Part shown: positions 9,575-17,014 of the stretch, in pieces
Layout of the letters: every line of letters starts with the position of its first letter
Position numbering within the stretch: position 1 is the first letter of the stretch
DNA from: an uncultured Anaerolineaceae bacterium
GTDB lineage: Bacteria > Chloroflexota > Anaerolineae > Anaerolineales > UBA4823
Assembly (NCBI GenBank): GCA_964633225.1
Contig: CAZWFQ010000001.1
Span: 137,477-201,476 of the forward strand
Direction: 5' to 3'
DNA length: 64,000 nt
Made by a program: the position numbers and the translations under genes
The notes under the pieces: generated by a model
Told to the model about the DNA's origin: nothing
What the model saw: only the letters and a program-made list of their open reading frames with translations
Database searches by the model: none

Positions 9575-9880
9575 ATGGGTTTCTTTAAAAAATTGGCCAA
9601 TTTATTCATGCCCCCGGTCGGCGGGGCCAATCCTTATGCTTATTGGGTTGAGGTGCAGTGCAACCGTTGTGGTGAAGTGATTCGGGCGCGGGTGGATTTA
9701 CGCAATGATCTCAGCCCTGAATTTGGGACAGGCGATGTGCCGGTCAGTTATTATTGCCGCAAAGTACTGATTGGTGAACAGCAGTGCTTCAACCAGATTG
9801 AATTGGTGATGAAGTTTGATGGCAAAAGGAAGCTGATCGACCAGGCGGTGACTGGTGGCAAGCTGGTGGAAGACAATTAA
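9575..9880 (+). CDS. Small hypothetical protein with four Cys (possible zinc ribbon)
   Basis: 101 aa. A GGAGGT Shine-Dalgarno sequence lies at 9564-9569. The cysteines are arranged as CNRC...C...C. A strong hairpin follows directly. Confidence 0.6.
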   Translation: MGFFKKLANLFMPPVGGANPYAYWVEVQCNRCGEVIRARVDLRNDLSPEFGTGDVPVSYYCRKVLIGEQQCFNQIELVMKFDGKRKLIDQAVTGGKLVEDN

Positions 9881-9925
9881 ACGCCATCGAGGAGCGGCAT
9901 GACCTGGCGCTCCTCGATGGCGTTT
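9879..9925. terminator. Bidirectional intrinsic terminator hairpin between convergent genes
   Basis: Perfect 18-bp stem: AAACGCCATCGAGGAGCG (9879-9896) pairs with CGCTCCTCGATGGCGTTT (9908-9925). The loop is 11 nt. AAA/TTT at the stem base gives a U-run in both orientations. The hairpin overlaps the TAA stop at 9878-9880. Confidence 0.75.
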
Positions 9926-9940
9926 GATCATCTAGTCAGC

Positions 9941-10510
9941 CTAATGGCCGTAGATGCTCGTATCTTGATGTAAGCTTGACCAGTTGCCCCATTCGGTGAT
10001 GAAAAAAGCGACCGGTTCGAGCTGGATGCCGGCCAGAGGCCCCGTCAGGCCTTTCCCTTTTGCGTTCCAGGCTGTTTCGGTGGCATCCATGATTTTATTG
10101 CCGTCCGATGAGAATGTCAGGCTTTGATTGCCTACCGTGGCTTGAAACGCGGCGGCGTAATTGTTTTCCCGGTCAACGATGACGACGATGGGGGTTTCTC
10201 CAAAGCGATCGTTGATCACCGACAGCCCCTCTGGCATTTCGCTGATCACGTACGCGCGAAATTCCCCTTGGCAGGTGACACCCAAAACTTTTTCGGAGAC
10301 AGCCATGCGGCTGTCTCCTTGTGGTGTTTTGATAGGCGGGGCGTTTGGCGGCAGGGGTATGTTTTCTAATGGCTGCGCAGGTGGGTTCGTATCGGTGTTC
10401 ACCTCGGGGGTGGGGGCAGGTGCTGTGACAGCCCGGTATAAAGCCAGGCTGTATAAGATGACCACCACCGCTGGAATTAGCAATTTCGAGAAATATCGTA
10501 GTTTATTCAT
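9941..10510 (-). CDS. Secreted/membrane-anchored DUF3179-like protein
   Basis: 189 aa. N-terminal signal/anchor (LLIPAVVVILYSLALY). The pattern VINDRFGETPIVVIV...FSSDGNKIMDATETAWNAKGKGLTGPLAGIQLEPV...W..W resembles the DUF3179 family as I remember it. Confidence 0.6.
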   Translation of the reverse strand: MNKLRYFSKLLIPAVVVILYSLALYRAVTAPAPTPEVNTDTNPPAQPLENIPLPPNAPPIKTPQGDSRMAVSEKVLGVTCQGEFRAYVISEMPEGLSVINDRFGETPIVVIVDRENNYAAAFQATVGNQSLTFSSDGNKIMDATETAWNAKGKGLTGPLAGIQLEPVAFFITEWGNWSSLHQDTSIYGH

Positions 10511-10549
10511 ACACCCTCAAAGCTCACTTTCGATGTGAGCCTTTTTCAT

Positions 10550-10558
10550 TGTAGCATA
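10550..10558 (-). promoter_or_regulatory. Extended -10 promoter element (TGcTACAAT) upstream of the DUF3179-like gene
   Basis: The reverse strand reads TTTTA-TG-C-TACAAT-GAAAAAGG. It is followed by a small 5'-UTR hairpin (GCTCAC/GTGAGC) and a GAGGGTG Shine-Dalgarno sequence before the ATG at 10510. Confidence 0.4.
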
Positions 10559-10589
10559 AAACCGAAGCCAATTGAATATCCATCTCTGG

Positions 10590-11000
10590 TTACTTCGGTA
10601 ACTCGTACAATTCTACCATCACGCCGCTGGCGCTCTTGGGGTGAATGAAGGCGTATTTGCGCCCACCATGTCCGGTGCGGGGTTCTTCATTGATTAGTTG
10701 AACACCTTTGGCTTTGAGTTGAGCCAGCATTTCAACAATGTCATCCACTTCCAGGCAAATATGGTGCATGCCGGGGCCGCGCTTTTCCAGGAAACGCGCT
10801 AACCCCGAATCGTCGCTGGTAGGCTGCACCAGCTCCACTTCGCTGCCGCTGACAGGCAAGAAAGCTGTCCGGGCCATTTCAGCCGGGACCTCCTCGATGT
10901 GGGTTAAATCCAGGCCCAGGGCGTCGCGCCAAAAAGAAAGCGGGCCATCCATCTCGTTCACCAGGATGGCGATATGGTCAATCCGTAGTACTTTAGCCAT
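10590..11000 (-). CDS. Methylmalonyl-CoA epimerase (VOC/glyoxalase-fold)
   Basis: 136 aa. IDHIAILV...MHHICLEVDDI...HPKSASGVMVEL is the typical VOC-family epimerase layout. It lies 26 nt downstream of the mutase gene. Confidence 0.8.
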   Translation of the reverse strand: MAKVLRIDHIAILVNEMDGPLSFWRDALGLDLTHIEEVPAEMARTAFLPVSGSEVELVQPTSDDSGLARFLEKRGPGMHHICLEVDDIVEMLAQLKAKGVQLINEEPRTGHGGRKYAFIHPKSASGVMVELYELPK

Positions 11001-11026
11001 AGTTCATTCCTCGTTCACTAAAATAA

Positions 11027-12679
11027 TTATAGCCATGCAGGAGCATGGTATTCTCCCCAGGTCTGGCGCAGCAGGCCGCAGATCTCACCCAGGGTAATAT
11101 CATTTTCAACACATTCAACGAAGAGCGGCAGCAGAGAGTCTGTGCCTTTTGCAGCAGTTTCCAGGCAGGTGAGCAGTTCGCTTACCCGGGCTGCATCGCG
11201 GCGTTGGCGCAGGTCTGCCAGGCGGTCGCGCTGGGCGGCTTCGATGGATGGGTCCACTTTCAGGCGTTCCAACTCCATCTTCTCTTCGACGGTAAACGCG
11301 TTCACACCAACTACCACCTGCTCGCCGCTTTCAACACTGCGTTGGTAATTGTAAGCTGAGTCCTGGATTTCTCCCTGGATATAGCCCCGTTCGATCGCCT
11401 GCAGGGCGCCGCCCATCTCATCAATCTTTTGGATGTAAGCCATGGCCTGGCGTTCGACCTCGTCGGTGAGATGCTCGATGATGTAAGAGCCAGCCAGTGG
11501 GTCGATGGTATCGGCCACGCCAGACTCGTTGGCGATGATCTGCTGGGTACGCAGTGCCACGCGCACTGCCTTTTGGGTCGGCAGCCACAGGGCTTCGTCC
11601 ATGCTATTTGTATGCAGCGACTGCGTGCCGCCCATCACCGCCGCCAGGGCCTGCAGGGTGACGCGCACCACATTGTTCTCGGGCTGCTGGGCAGTGAGGG
11701 TTGATCCACCTGTTTGGGTATGGAAGCGCAGCGTCCATGATGCAGGTTTTTGCGCGCCGAAGCGGTGGCGCATCAGCTTAGACCAGATGCGGCGGGCGGC
11801 GCGGAACTTGGCCACTTCTTCCAGGAAGTTGTTGTGGGCATTGAAGAAGAACGAGAGTTGGCCTGCAAAATCATCCACGTTCAAGCCTGCATCAATGGCA
11901 GCCTGCACGTAAGCAATGGCGTTCGCCATGGTGAAGGCCAGCTCTTGCACCGCGGTAGAGCCAGCTTCGCGGATGTGGTAACCTGAAATGCTGATCGTGT
12001 TCCAGTGCGGCACATTCTGCTGGCAGAAGCTGAACACGTCAGTGATCAGGCGCATAGAGGGCACCGGCGGGAAGATGTAAGTGCCACGTGCCACGTATTC
12101 TTTCAGAATATCGTTTTGGATGGTGCCGCGCAGTTGGCTGGTTTCTACCCCCTGCCGCCTGGCCACTGCAATGTACATGGCCAACAAAACGGCCGCGGGT
12201 GCATTGATGGTCATGCTGGTAGAAACTTTGCCCAGTGGGATCTCGCGGAAGAGGGTCTGCATATCTTCAACCGATGATATTGCCACACCCACTTTCCCTA
12301 CCTCGCCACGCGCAATCGGATCGTCCGAATCGTAGCCGATCTGGGTGGGTAAGTCGAAGGCTACCGAGAGGCCGGTCTGGCCTTGCTCGAGCAGGAAGCG
12401 GTAGCGTTGGTTAGATTCTTCAGCCGTAGCATAGCCGGCATACTGGCGCATGGTCCAGAAGCGGCCACGGTACATGGTGGGCTGGACACCGCGCGTAAAG
12501 GGGTACTCGCCTGGAAAACCAAGCTGTTCCATATAATCGGGGTCAGGGTCAGCCGGGGCGAGCGCGGGCGGCAGCAGCATGCCAGAGGGGGTTTTGAATT
12601 CGGGTTTGCGCTCAGGGCGCTTGGTATTGGCCTGGCGTACATTCTCTAGCCAGCGTTTGTATTCAGTATCGAGGGTCAT
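11027..12679 (-). CDS. Methylmalonyl-CoA mutase, catalytic (large) subunit without a B12-binding domain
   Basis: Blocks [52 protein letters not shown] and [17 protein letters not shown], which retain the Tyr and Arg expected for methylmalonyl specificity. The ORF ends before any DxHxxG cobalamin domain. I chose the ATG at 12679 over the GTG at 12745, because a TATAAT box would sit inside the longer version. Confidence 0.88.
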   Translation of the reverse strand: MTLDTEYKRWLENVRQANTKRPERKPEFKTPSGMLLPPALAPADPDPDYMEQLGFPGEYPFTRGVQPTMYRGRFWTMRQYAGYATAEESNQRYRFLLEQGQTGLSVAFDLPTQIGYDSDDPIARGEVGKVGVAISSVEDMQTLFREIPLGKVSTSMTINAPAAVLLAMYIAVARRQGVETSQLRGTIQNDILKEYVARGTYIFPPVPSMRLITDVFSFCQQNVPHWNTISISGYHIREAGSTAVQELAFTMANAIAYVQAAIDAGLNVDDFAGQLSFFFNAHNNFLEEVAKFRAARRIWSKLMRHRFGAQKPASWTLRFHTQTGGSTLTAQQPENNVVRVTLQALAAVMGGTQSLHTNSMDEALWLPTQKAVRVALRTQQIIANESGVADTIDPLAGSYIIEHLTDEVERQAMAYIQKIDEMGGALQAIERGYIQGEIQDSAYNYQRSVESGEQVVVGVNAFTVEEKMELERLKVDPSIEAAQRDRLADLRQRRDAARVSELLTCLETAAKGTDSLLPLFVECVENDITLGEICGLLRQTWGEYHAPAWL

Positions 12680-12768
12680 GTTTTTCTCTTCTGGATGGTT
12701 ATGATGATTGTCAATTATATAACCCCATACCGGGGAACTAGTCACTATAGAAAGTATACCTTAATTTG

Positions 12769-12777
12769 TGATAAACT
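12769..12777 (+). promoter_or_regulatory. Extended -10-like element (TGaTAAACT) exactly 6 nt before the ATG at 12784 (leaderless candidate)
   Basis: TTG-TG-A-TAAACT-GGACTC-ATG, with no Shine-Dalgarno sequence. Confidence 0.35.
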
Positions 12778-12783
12778 GGACTC

Positions 12784-13944
12784 ATGAAGATTTTAACGGT
12801 TGATGTTGGCACTGGGACGCAGGATATTTACCTGTACGATTCCCGGGTAGGTTTGGAAAACGGTTTTAAGCTGGTGGCGCCCTCGCCGACCATGATAGTT
12901 CACCGCCGCCTGGCCGCGGCCACTCGCCGGGGGCAGGCCGTTTTGCTGAGCGGGGTGACTATGGGAGGCGGGCCCAGCCAGTGGGCCGCAGAAGCCCATC
13001 TGCGGGCCGGGCTGTCCGTATACGCCACGCCCGATGCCGCCCGCAGTTTTAATGATGACCTGGAGGCGGTCGCCCGGATGGGCATCCGGGTGCTGGGCGA
13101 GGACGAAGCGCTCAGCTTGCCTGCGTCCGTCCTGCGCCTGGAACTGCGCGACTTCGATTTCGCCGCCATCCGGCAGGCATTTGCGCCGTTGGGTGTGGGC
13201 CTGGACGATCTGGACGCCGTGGCCGTGGCGGTCTTTGATCATGGGAATGCCCCGCCGGATGTTTCGGACCGCCAGTTTCGCTTCGATTACCTGAACGACC
13301 GCATCTGCTCTTCAAACCGGCTGAGCGCCTTTGCTTACCGGGCCGAGGCCGTGCCGGCGGCTATGACGCGCCTGCAAGCGGTGGTTGCATCGGCGCAGGG
13401 GTTAGACCTTCCTTTGGTGGTGATGGATACAGCCCCTGCAGCGGTCTTGGGGGCTGCCTTTGATCGGCAGGTTATGGCCCGCGAACGGTTGTTGGTGGCA
13501 AACGTGGGCAATTTTCACACCCTGGCATTTCGGTTGGGGCCGGGCGAGCCGTGGAACCGCCCGGTGGAGGGTGTGTTTGAGCATCATACTGGCCTGCTAG
13601 ATGCCGTCAAGCTGGAAGCTCTGCTGCATGCGCTGGCAGATGGCAGCTTGCGGCACGAAACCGTGTTTAAAGATCACGGCCACGGGGCCCTGGTATATGC
13701 GCCAACGCCGCTGGCATTTGGCGGGGGGGACTTTGATGTGGTGGTGGTGGGCCCGCGGCGCAATCTCTTGAGCCAGGCAGAGACATTGCGTGCATACTTC
13801 CCAGCTCCCTTTGGCGATATGATGCTCGCAGGTTGCTTTGGCCTCTTGGCAGCCGCCGCGCACCTGCTGCCCAACCTGGCAGAAGAGGTGTGGCGTTCGC
13901 TGCGCGGCCAGGTTGGGGCCGCTCCTTGGGAAATTGAAGCTTAA
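12784..13944 (+). CDS. ASKHA-fold (actin/Hsp70/sugar-kinase-like) ATPase, DUF1786-like
   Basis: 386 aa. The N-terminal phosphate-1 motif ILTVDVGTGTQDIYLYD matches my recollection of DUF1786, which is often annotated as a putative pyruvate formate-lyase activating enzyme. This was not verified by search. Confidence 0.65.
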   Translation: MKILTVDVGTGTQDIYLYDSRVGLENGFKLVAPSPTMIVHRRLAAATRRGQAVLLSGVTMGGGPSQWAAEAHLRAGLSVYATPDAARSFNDDLEAVARMGIRVLGEDEALSLPASVLRLELRDFDFAAIRQAFAPLGVGLDDLDAVAVAVFDHGNAPPDVSDRQFRFDYLNDRICSSNRLSAFAYRAEAVPAAMTRLQAVVASAQGLDLPLVVMDTAPAAVLGAAFDRQVMARERLLVANVGNFHTLAFRLGPGEPWNRPVEGVFEHHTGLLDAVKLEALLHALADGSLRHETVFKDHGHGALVYAPTPLAFGGGDFDVVVVGPRRNLLSQAETLRAYFPAPFGDMMLAGCFGLLAAAAHLLPNLAEEVWRSLRGQVGAAPWEIEA

Positions 13945-13945
13945 T

Positions 13946-15052
13946 TTAGCGTGGGATCAGGTGCACTACACTGGCCTTGAAGGATGCCGAGACCGGCAGG
14001 CCTTCGGCCAGGTGCATTTCGCGGGCTGAAGTGCGGGTGATGAGCGCCATCAAAGAGAAGCCGCAGTCTACCACTACGCGTACCAATGGTCCCTGGGGTG
14101 TAAGGGTGTGAACCTTCCCTTGCAGCCTGTTGCGAGCGCTGGAGGCTGCAAGGCGTGGGCTTTGTCCACCGGCCGATGGGTTCTCTGGCGGGTAGAGGGT
14201 TACATCTTCAGGCCGCAGGCAGAACAACACATTCCGACCGACAGGCAGGTCGCTCACGGCTTCTAGGCGCAGGCTGCCGGCCTGTACTACCACCTGACCC
14301 TCCTCTGCCGCCACAATTTGCCCCGGCAAGATCGTCTCTACCCCCACAAAGGCTGCCACTTCGCCATCGGTGGGGGTGCTGAAAACCTGTTCGGGCGAGC
14401 CTACCTGGCGCAGGGTGCCGGCGATCAACACTGCCACCCGTTCGCCCAATAGCAGTGCTTCATCGAGATCATGGGTAATAAAGGCCGCCGTCAGGCGGGT
14501 TTCTTTCAGCAAAGCTTGCAGGTCTTCTAGCAGGCGGGTGCGTGTGGGGGTGTCTAGCGCGCTGAAGGGTTCGTCCAGCAGTAGCAGTTCTGGGTCAAGT
14601 ACAAAGGCGCGGGCCAAACTTACGCGCTGAGCCTCACCGCCAGAAAGCTTGCGGGCTGGGCGGTTGCGCAGGTGCGCCACCCCCAGGCGGGTCAGCCAAT
14701 GCTCCACGCGCCGGGTGATCTCGGGGCGGGGGACGCGTCGGAAGCGCAGCCCTGCGGCAATATTATTGAATACTGAATCATCCAGCAGCAGCGGCTCTTG
14801 CATCACCAGCCCAATCCGCCGGCGGTAGGCCAGGTCGTTCAGGCTGGCCAACGGCTGGCCGCGAAAGCTGATCTGGCCGCTGCTGTGGGGCAGCAGGCCT
14901 GCCAGGGTCAGCAGCAGGGTGCTCTTGCCTGCACCGTTCGGGCCGATGACTGCCAGCACCTCGCCATCTGCGATCGAGAGGGCCGGCACCGAAAGGACAA
15001 CCTGCCCGCCGCGTTGAACTTCTAGTTCCTGGATATCGAAAAGGGTGTTCAT
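13946..15052 (-). CDS. tupC: Tungstate/molybdate ABC transporter ATP-binding protein with a C-terminal TOBE domain
   Basis: 368 aa. Walker A GPNGAGKST, signature LSGGEAQR, Walker B LLLLDEPFSALD. C-terminal TOBE-like tail (LQGKVHTLTPQGPLVRVVVDCGFSLMALITRTSA). ATGA overlap with the permease gene. Confidence 0.85.
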   Translation of the reverse strand: MNTLFDIQELEVQRGGQVVLSVPALSIADGEVLAVIGPNGAGKSTLLLTLAGLLPHSSGQISFRGQPLASLNDLAYRRRIGLVMQEPLLLDDSVFNNIAAGLRFRRVPRPEITRRVEHWLTRLGVAHLRNRPARKLSGGEAQRVSLARAFVLDPELLLLDEPFSALDTPTRTRLLEDLQALLKETRLTAAFITHDLDEALLLGERVAVLIAGTLRQVGSPEQVFSTPTDGEVAAFVGVETILPGQIVAAEEGQVVVQAGSLRLEAVSDLPVGRNVLFCLRPEDVTLYPPENPSAGGQSPRLAASSARNRLQGKVHTLTPQGPLVRVVVDCGFSLMALITRTSAREMHLAEGLPVSASFKASVVHLIPR

Positions 15053-15708
15053 TGATTGGCTTTTGTCTGTTGGCCGCGCTGTTGGATCCAGGTGAGGGCC
15101 GCATTGACCAGGAAAGCCAGGGCTAAGAGCAGGATGCTCAATGCCACAGCCGGGCCGAAATTCCCCTTGCCGGTTTCAAGCACAATAGCCGTGGTAAGTA
15201 CGCGGGTTTGGTAGCGGATGTTGCCGCCTACCATCATTGAGGCCCCCACTTCTGAGATGACACTCCCAAACCCAGCCATCAGTGCTGCCAGCAGGGGCAG
15301 GCGGGCTTCTTTCCACAGCGTCCAGATCACTTGCAGGCGCGAGGCCCCCAGCCCCAGCAGTTGCAGGCGCAGGCGTGGGTCAAGCTGCTGCAGGGCTGCA
15401 GCTGTCAACCCGGTGACCACCGGGGCGGCAATCACGGTTTGTGCAATGACAATGGCGGTGGGGGTGTAGATCAGGCGCAGGTCGCCCAGGGGCCCGCTTC
15501 GCCACAGCATCATCGAAACCAGCAGCCCAACCACCACCGGTGGCAGGGCCATACCTGTGTTGACCAGGCTGAGGGCAATGCGCTGGCCCGGGAACCGTCC
15601 CAACGCCAACAAAGTGCCCAATGGCAGACCGATGAGAAGGCTGATGGCTGTAGCCAGCAGCGAAACTTGTAGTGAGAGGCTCGTCACCTCAAGGATTTCG
15701 GAGATCAT
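15049..15708 (-). CDS. tupB: Tungstate/molybdate ABC transporter permease
   Basis: About 219 aa from the ATG at 15708 and polytopic, with an EAA-like region (GASRLQVIWTLWKEARLPLLAA). The longer TTG start at 15759 lies inside a perfect palindrome and was rejected. Confidence 0.85.
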   Translation of the reverse strand: MISEILEVTSLSLQVSLLATAISLLIGLPLGTLLALGRFPGQRIALSLVNTGMALPPVVVGLLVSMMLWRSGPLGDLRLIYTPTAIVIAQTVIAAPVVTGLTAAALQQLDPRLRLQLLGLGASRLQVIWTLWKEARLPLLAALMAGFGSVISEVGASMMVGGNIRYQTRVLTTAIVLETGKGNFGPAVALSILLLALAFLVNAALTWIQQRGQQTKANQ

Positions 15709-15718
15709 GATGAAGAAT

Positions 15719-15757
15719 GATAACCTATGAGCAGGGCTGCCCCGCTCATAGGTTATC
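15719..15757 (-). promoter_or_regulatory. Intercistronic perfect hairpin between tupA and tupB
   Basis: GATAACCTATGAGC (15719-15732) pairs with GCTCATAGGTTATC (15744-15757). This is a perfect 14-bp stem with an 11-nt GC-rich loop. It lies 9 nt after the tupA stop and 10 nt before the tupB ATG. Confidence 0.55.
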
Positions 15758-15766
15758 AATAAAAGT

Positions 15767-16630
15767 CTATGGGGTAGTCAAGTTGGCTTCGTCTTTGCCG
15801 GCGTCGGGGGTAAAGAGCGGTTCGCCGAATTTATCTACACCGAACTTGCCAATCTCTTTCTGTGTTTCTTCAGAGATCATGAACTGGGCGAAGGCTTTGG
15901 CGCCTTCCAGGTTCATGTTTGGCCACTTTTCAGGATTGACCACAATCACGTGGTAGATGTTCAGCAGCACAGCGTCGCCCTCTACCAGCACGTCCAGGCT
16001 GTATGCACCTTTGTTCGCCAGGTAGGTGGCCCGGTCGGTGAGGGTGTAAGCGCCTTTTTCAGAAGCAATGGTCAGCGTAGCGCCCATGCCCTGGCCAGAT
16101 TCCTGGTACCATTCTCCTGCTGGTTCAACACCGGCTTTGGTCCACAGGCCCAACTCCATTTTGTGGGTGCCCGAATCGTCGCCGCGGGAGATGAAAATTG
16201 CGGAAGCAGCCGCGATCTTCTGCAACGCTTCTGCCGCACTGGCTGTACCGCGAATACCAGCCGGATCGGCGGCTGGTCCGACGATGACAAAATCATTGTG
16301 CATCACCAGGTAGCGCTCAGAACCAAAGCCGTTATCCATGAAAGTCTGCTCAGAAGATGGAGCATGTACCAAGAGTACATCCGCATTGCCTTCTTCGCCC
16401 ATCTTGAGCGCCTGGCCTGTGCCAACTGCCACGGTCTGGACGACGTAGCCGGTCTCTTCTTGGAAGATGGGGACGAGCACATCCAGCAGGCCAGAATCTT
16501 GGGTGCTGGTGGTGGTTGCCAGAATCATGGCTGGGTTTTCTGGGGCAGCCTTGGCGCAGCCAGCAAGCAGCATGCTTAGCAAGACGGCAAGCGAAATCAG
16601 GGTATAGAGACGTGTATGTTTCATGTTCAT
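15767..16630 (-). CDS. tupA: Tungstate-binding periplasmic/lipoprotein component (TupA-type)
   Basis: 287 aa. Signal peptide with Cys (LSMLLAGC). The ATTTSTQDSGLLDVLVP block matches the TupA-type TTTS motif rather than ModA. Confidence 0.85.
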   Translation of the reverse strand: MNMKHTRLYTLISLAVLLSMLLAGCAKAAPENPAMILATTTSTQDSGLLDVLVPIFQEETGYVVQTVAVGTGQALKMGEEGNADVLLVHAPSSEQTFMDNGFGSERYLVMHNDFVIVGPAADPAGIRGTASAAEALQKIAAASAIFISRGDDSGTHKMELGLWTKAGVEPAGEWYQESGQGMGATLTIASEKGAYTLTDRATYLANKGAYSLDVLVEGDAVLLNIYHVIVVNPEKWPNMNLEGAKAFAQFMISEETQKEIGKFGVDKFGEPLFTPDAGKDEANLTTP

Positions 16631-16654
16631 ATAATTCTCCGGGTAAATAGGAAA

Positions 16655-16864
16655 TTAATCAACGGCAATCATGACGTTGGACGCTTTGATCACAGCAAAT
16701 GCTTCGCCGCCTTCTTTTAGATCCAGCGAATCGACCGAGTTGAGGGTAATGATCGAGACAATCTGCGCTCCGCCGGGCAGCTCGATGATGATCTCGGCAT
16801 TGACGGCACCGCGCTTGATCTGAACAACTTTGCCTTTTAGGACATTGCGTGCACTGATCTTCAT
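16655..16864 (-). CDS. mop: Mop/TOBE-domain molybdate/tungstate-binding protein (molbindin)
   Basis: Only the last 69 aa of the 333-aa track ORF are credible: MKISARNVLKGKVVQIKRGAVNAEIIIELPGGAQIVSIITLNSVDSLDLKEGGEAFAVIKASNVMIAVD. The ATG is at 16864, preceded by an AAAGGAAAAAGGA purine-rich ribosome-binding region. Confidence 0.8.
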   Translation of the reverse strand: MKISARNVLKGKVVQIKRGAVNAEIIIELPGGAQIVSIITLNSVDSLDLKEGGEAFAVIKASNVMIAVD

Positions 16865-16925
16865 TTTTTTCCTTTTTCCTTTCAAATAATCGATGCGTTC
16901 AGTTAAATGGTGACAACAGGTACAT

Positions 16926-16954
16926 ATGTTAGCTTCCCTGTTAGAAAGTGTCAA
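16926..16954 (-). promoter_or_regulatory. Sigma-70-type promoter for mop-tupABC (TTGACA-17-TAACAT)
   Basis: On the reverse strand, TTGACA (16954-16949) is followed by a 17-nt spacer and TAACAT (16931-16926). This lies about 60 nt upstream of the mop ATG. Confidence 0.5.
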
Positions 16955-16980
16955 GATTAGAAAACAGGCTTTCCAAACCG

Positions 16981-16989
16981 TGCTACAAT
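16981..16989 (+). promoter_or_regulatory. Extended -10 promoter element (TGcTACAAT) for the divergent regulator gene
   Basis: TG at 16981-16982 and TACAAT at 16984-16989, 25 nt before the ATG at 17015. An AAGGAGAA Shine-Dalgarno sequence lies in between. Confidence 0.45.
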
Positions 16990-17014
16990 ACATCGATTGC
17001 GTAAGGAGAATGAA

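Noticed and set aside
15709-15759. Longer TTG-initiated N-terminus of the permease (MITYERGSPAHRLS...) and the mirror ORF 15717-15956 (MITYEQGCPAHRLS...)
   Set aside because: Both arise from translating the two strands of the same perfect palindrome. The permease homology begins at the ATG at 15708.
16865-17014. Molybdenum-cofactor (Moco/Tuco) riboswitch upstream of mop-tupABC
   Set aside because: With the predicted promoter at 16926-16954, the 5'-UTR is only about 55 nt. That is far too short for the ~130-150-nt Moco RNA motif, and I saw none of its conserved helices.
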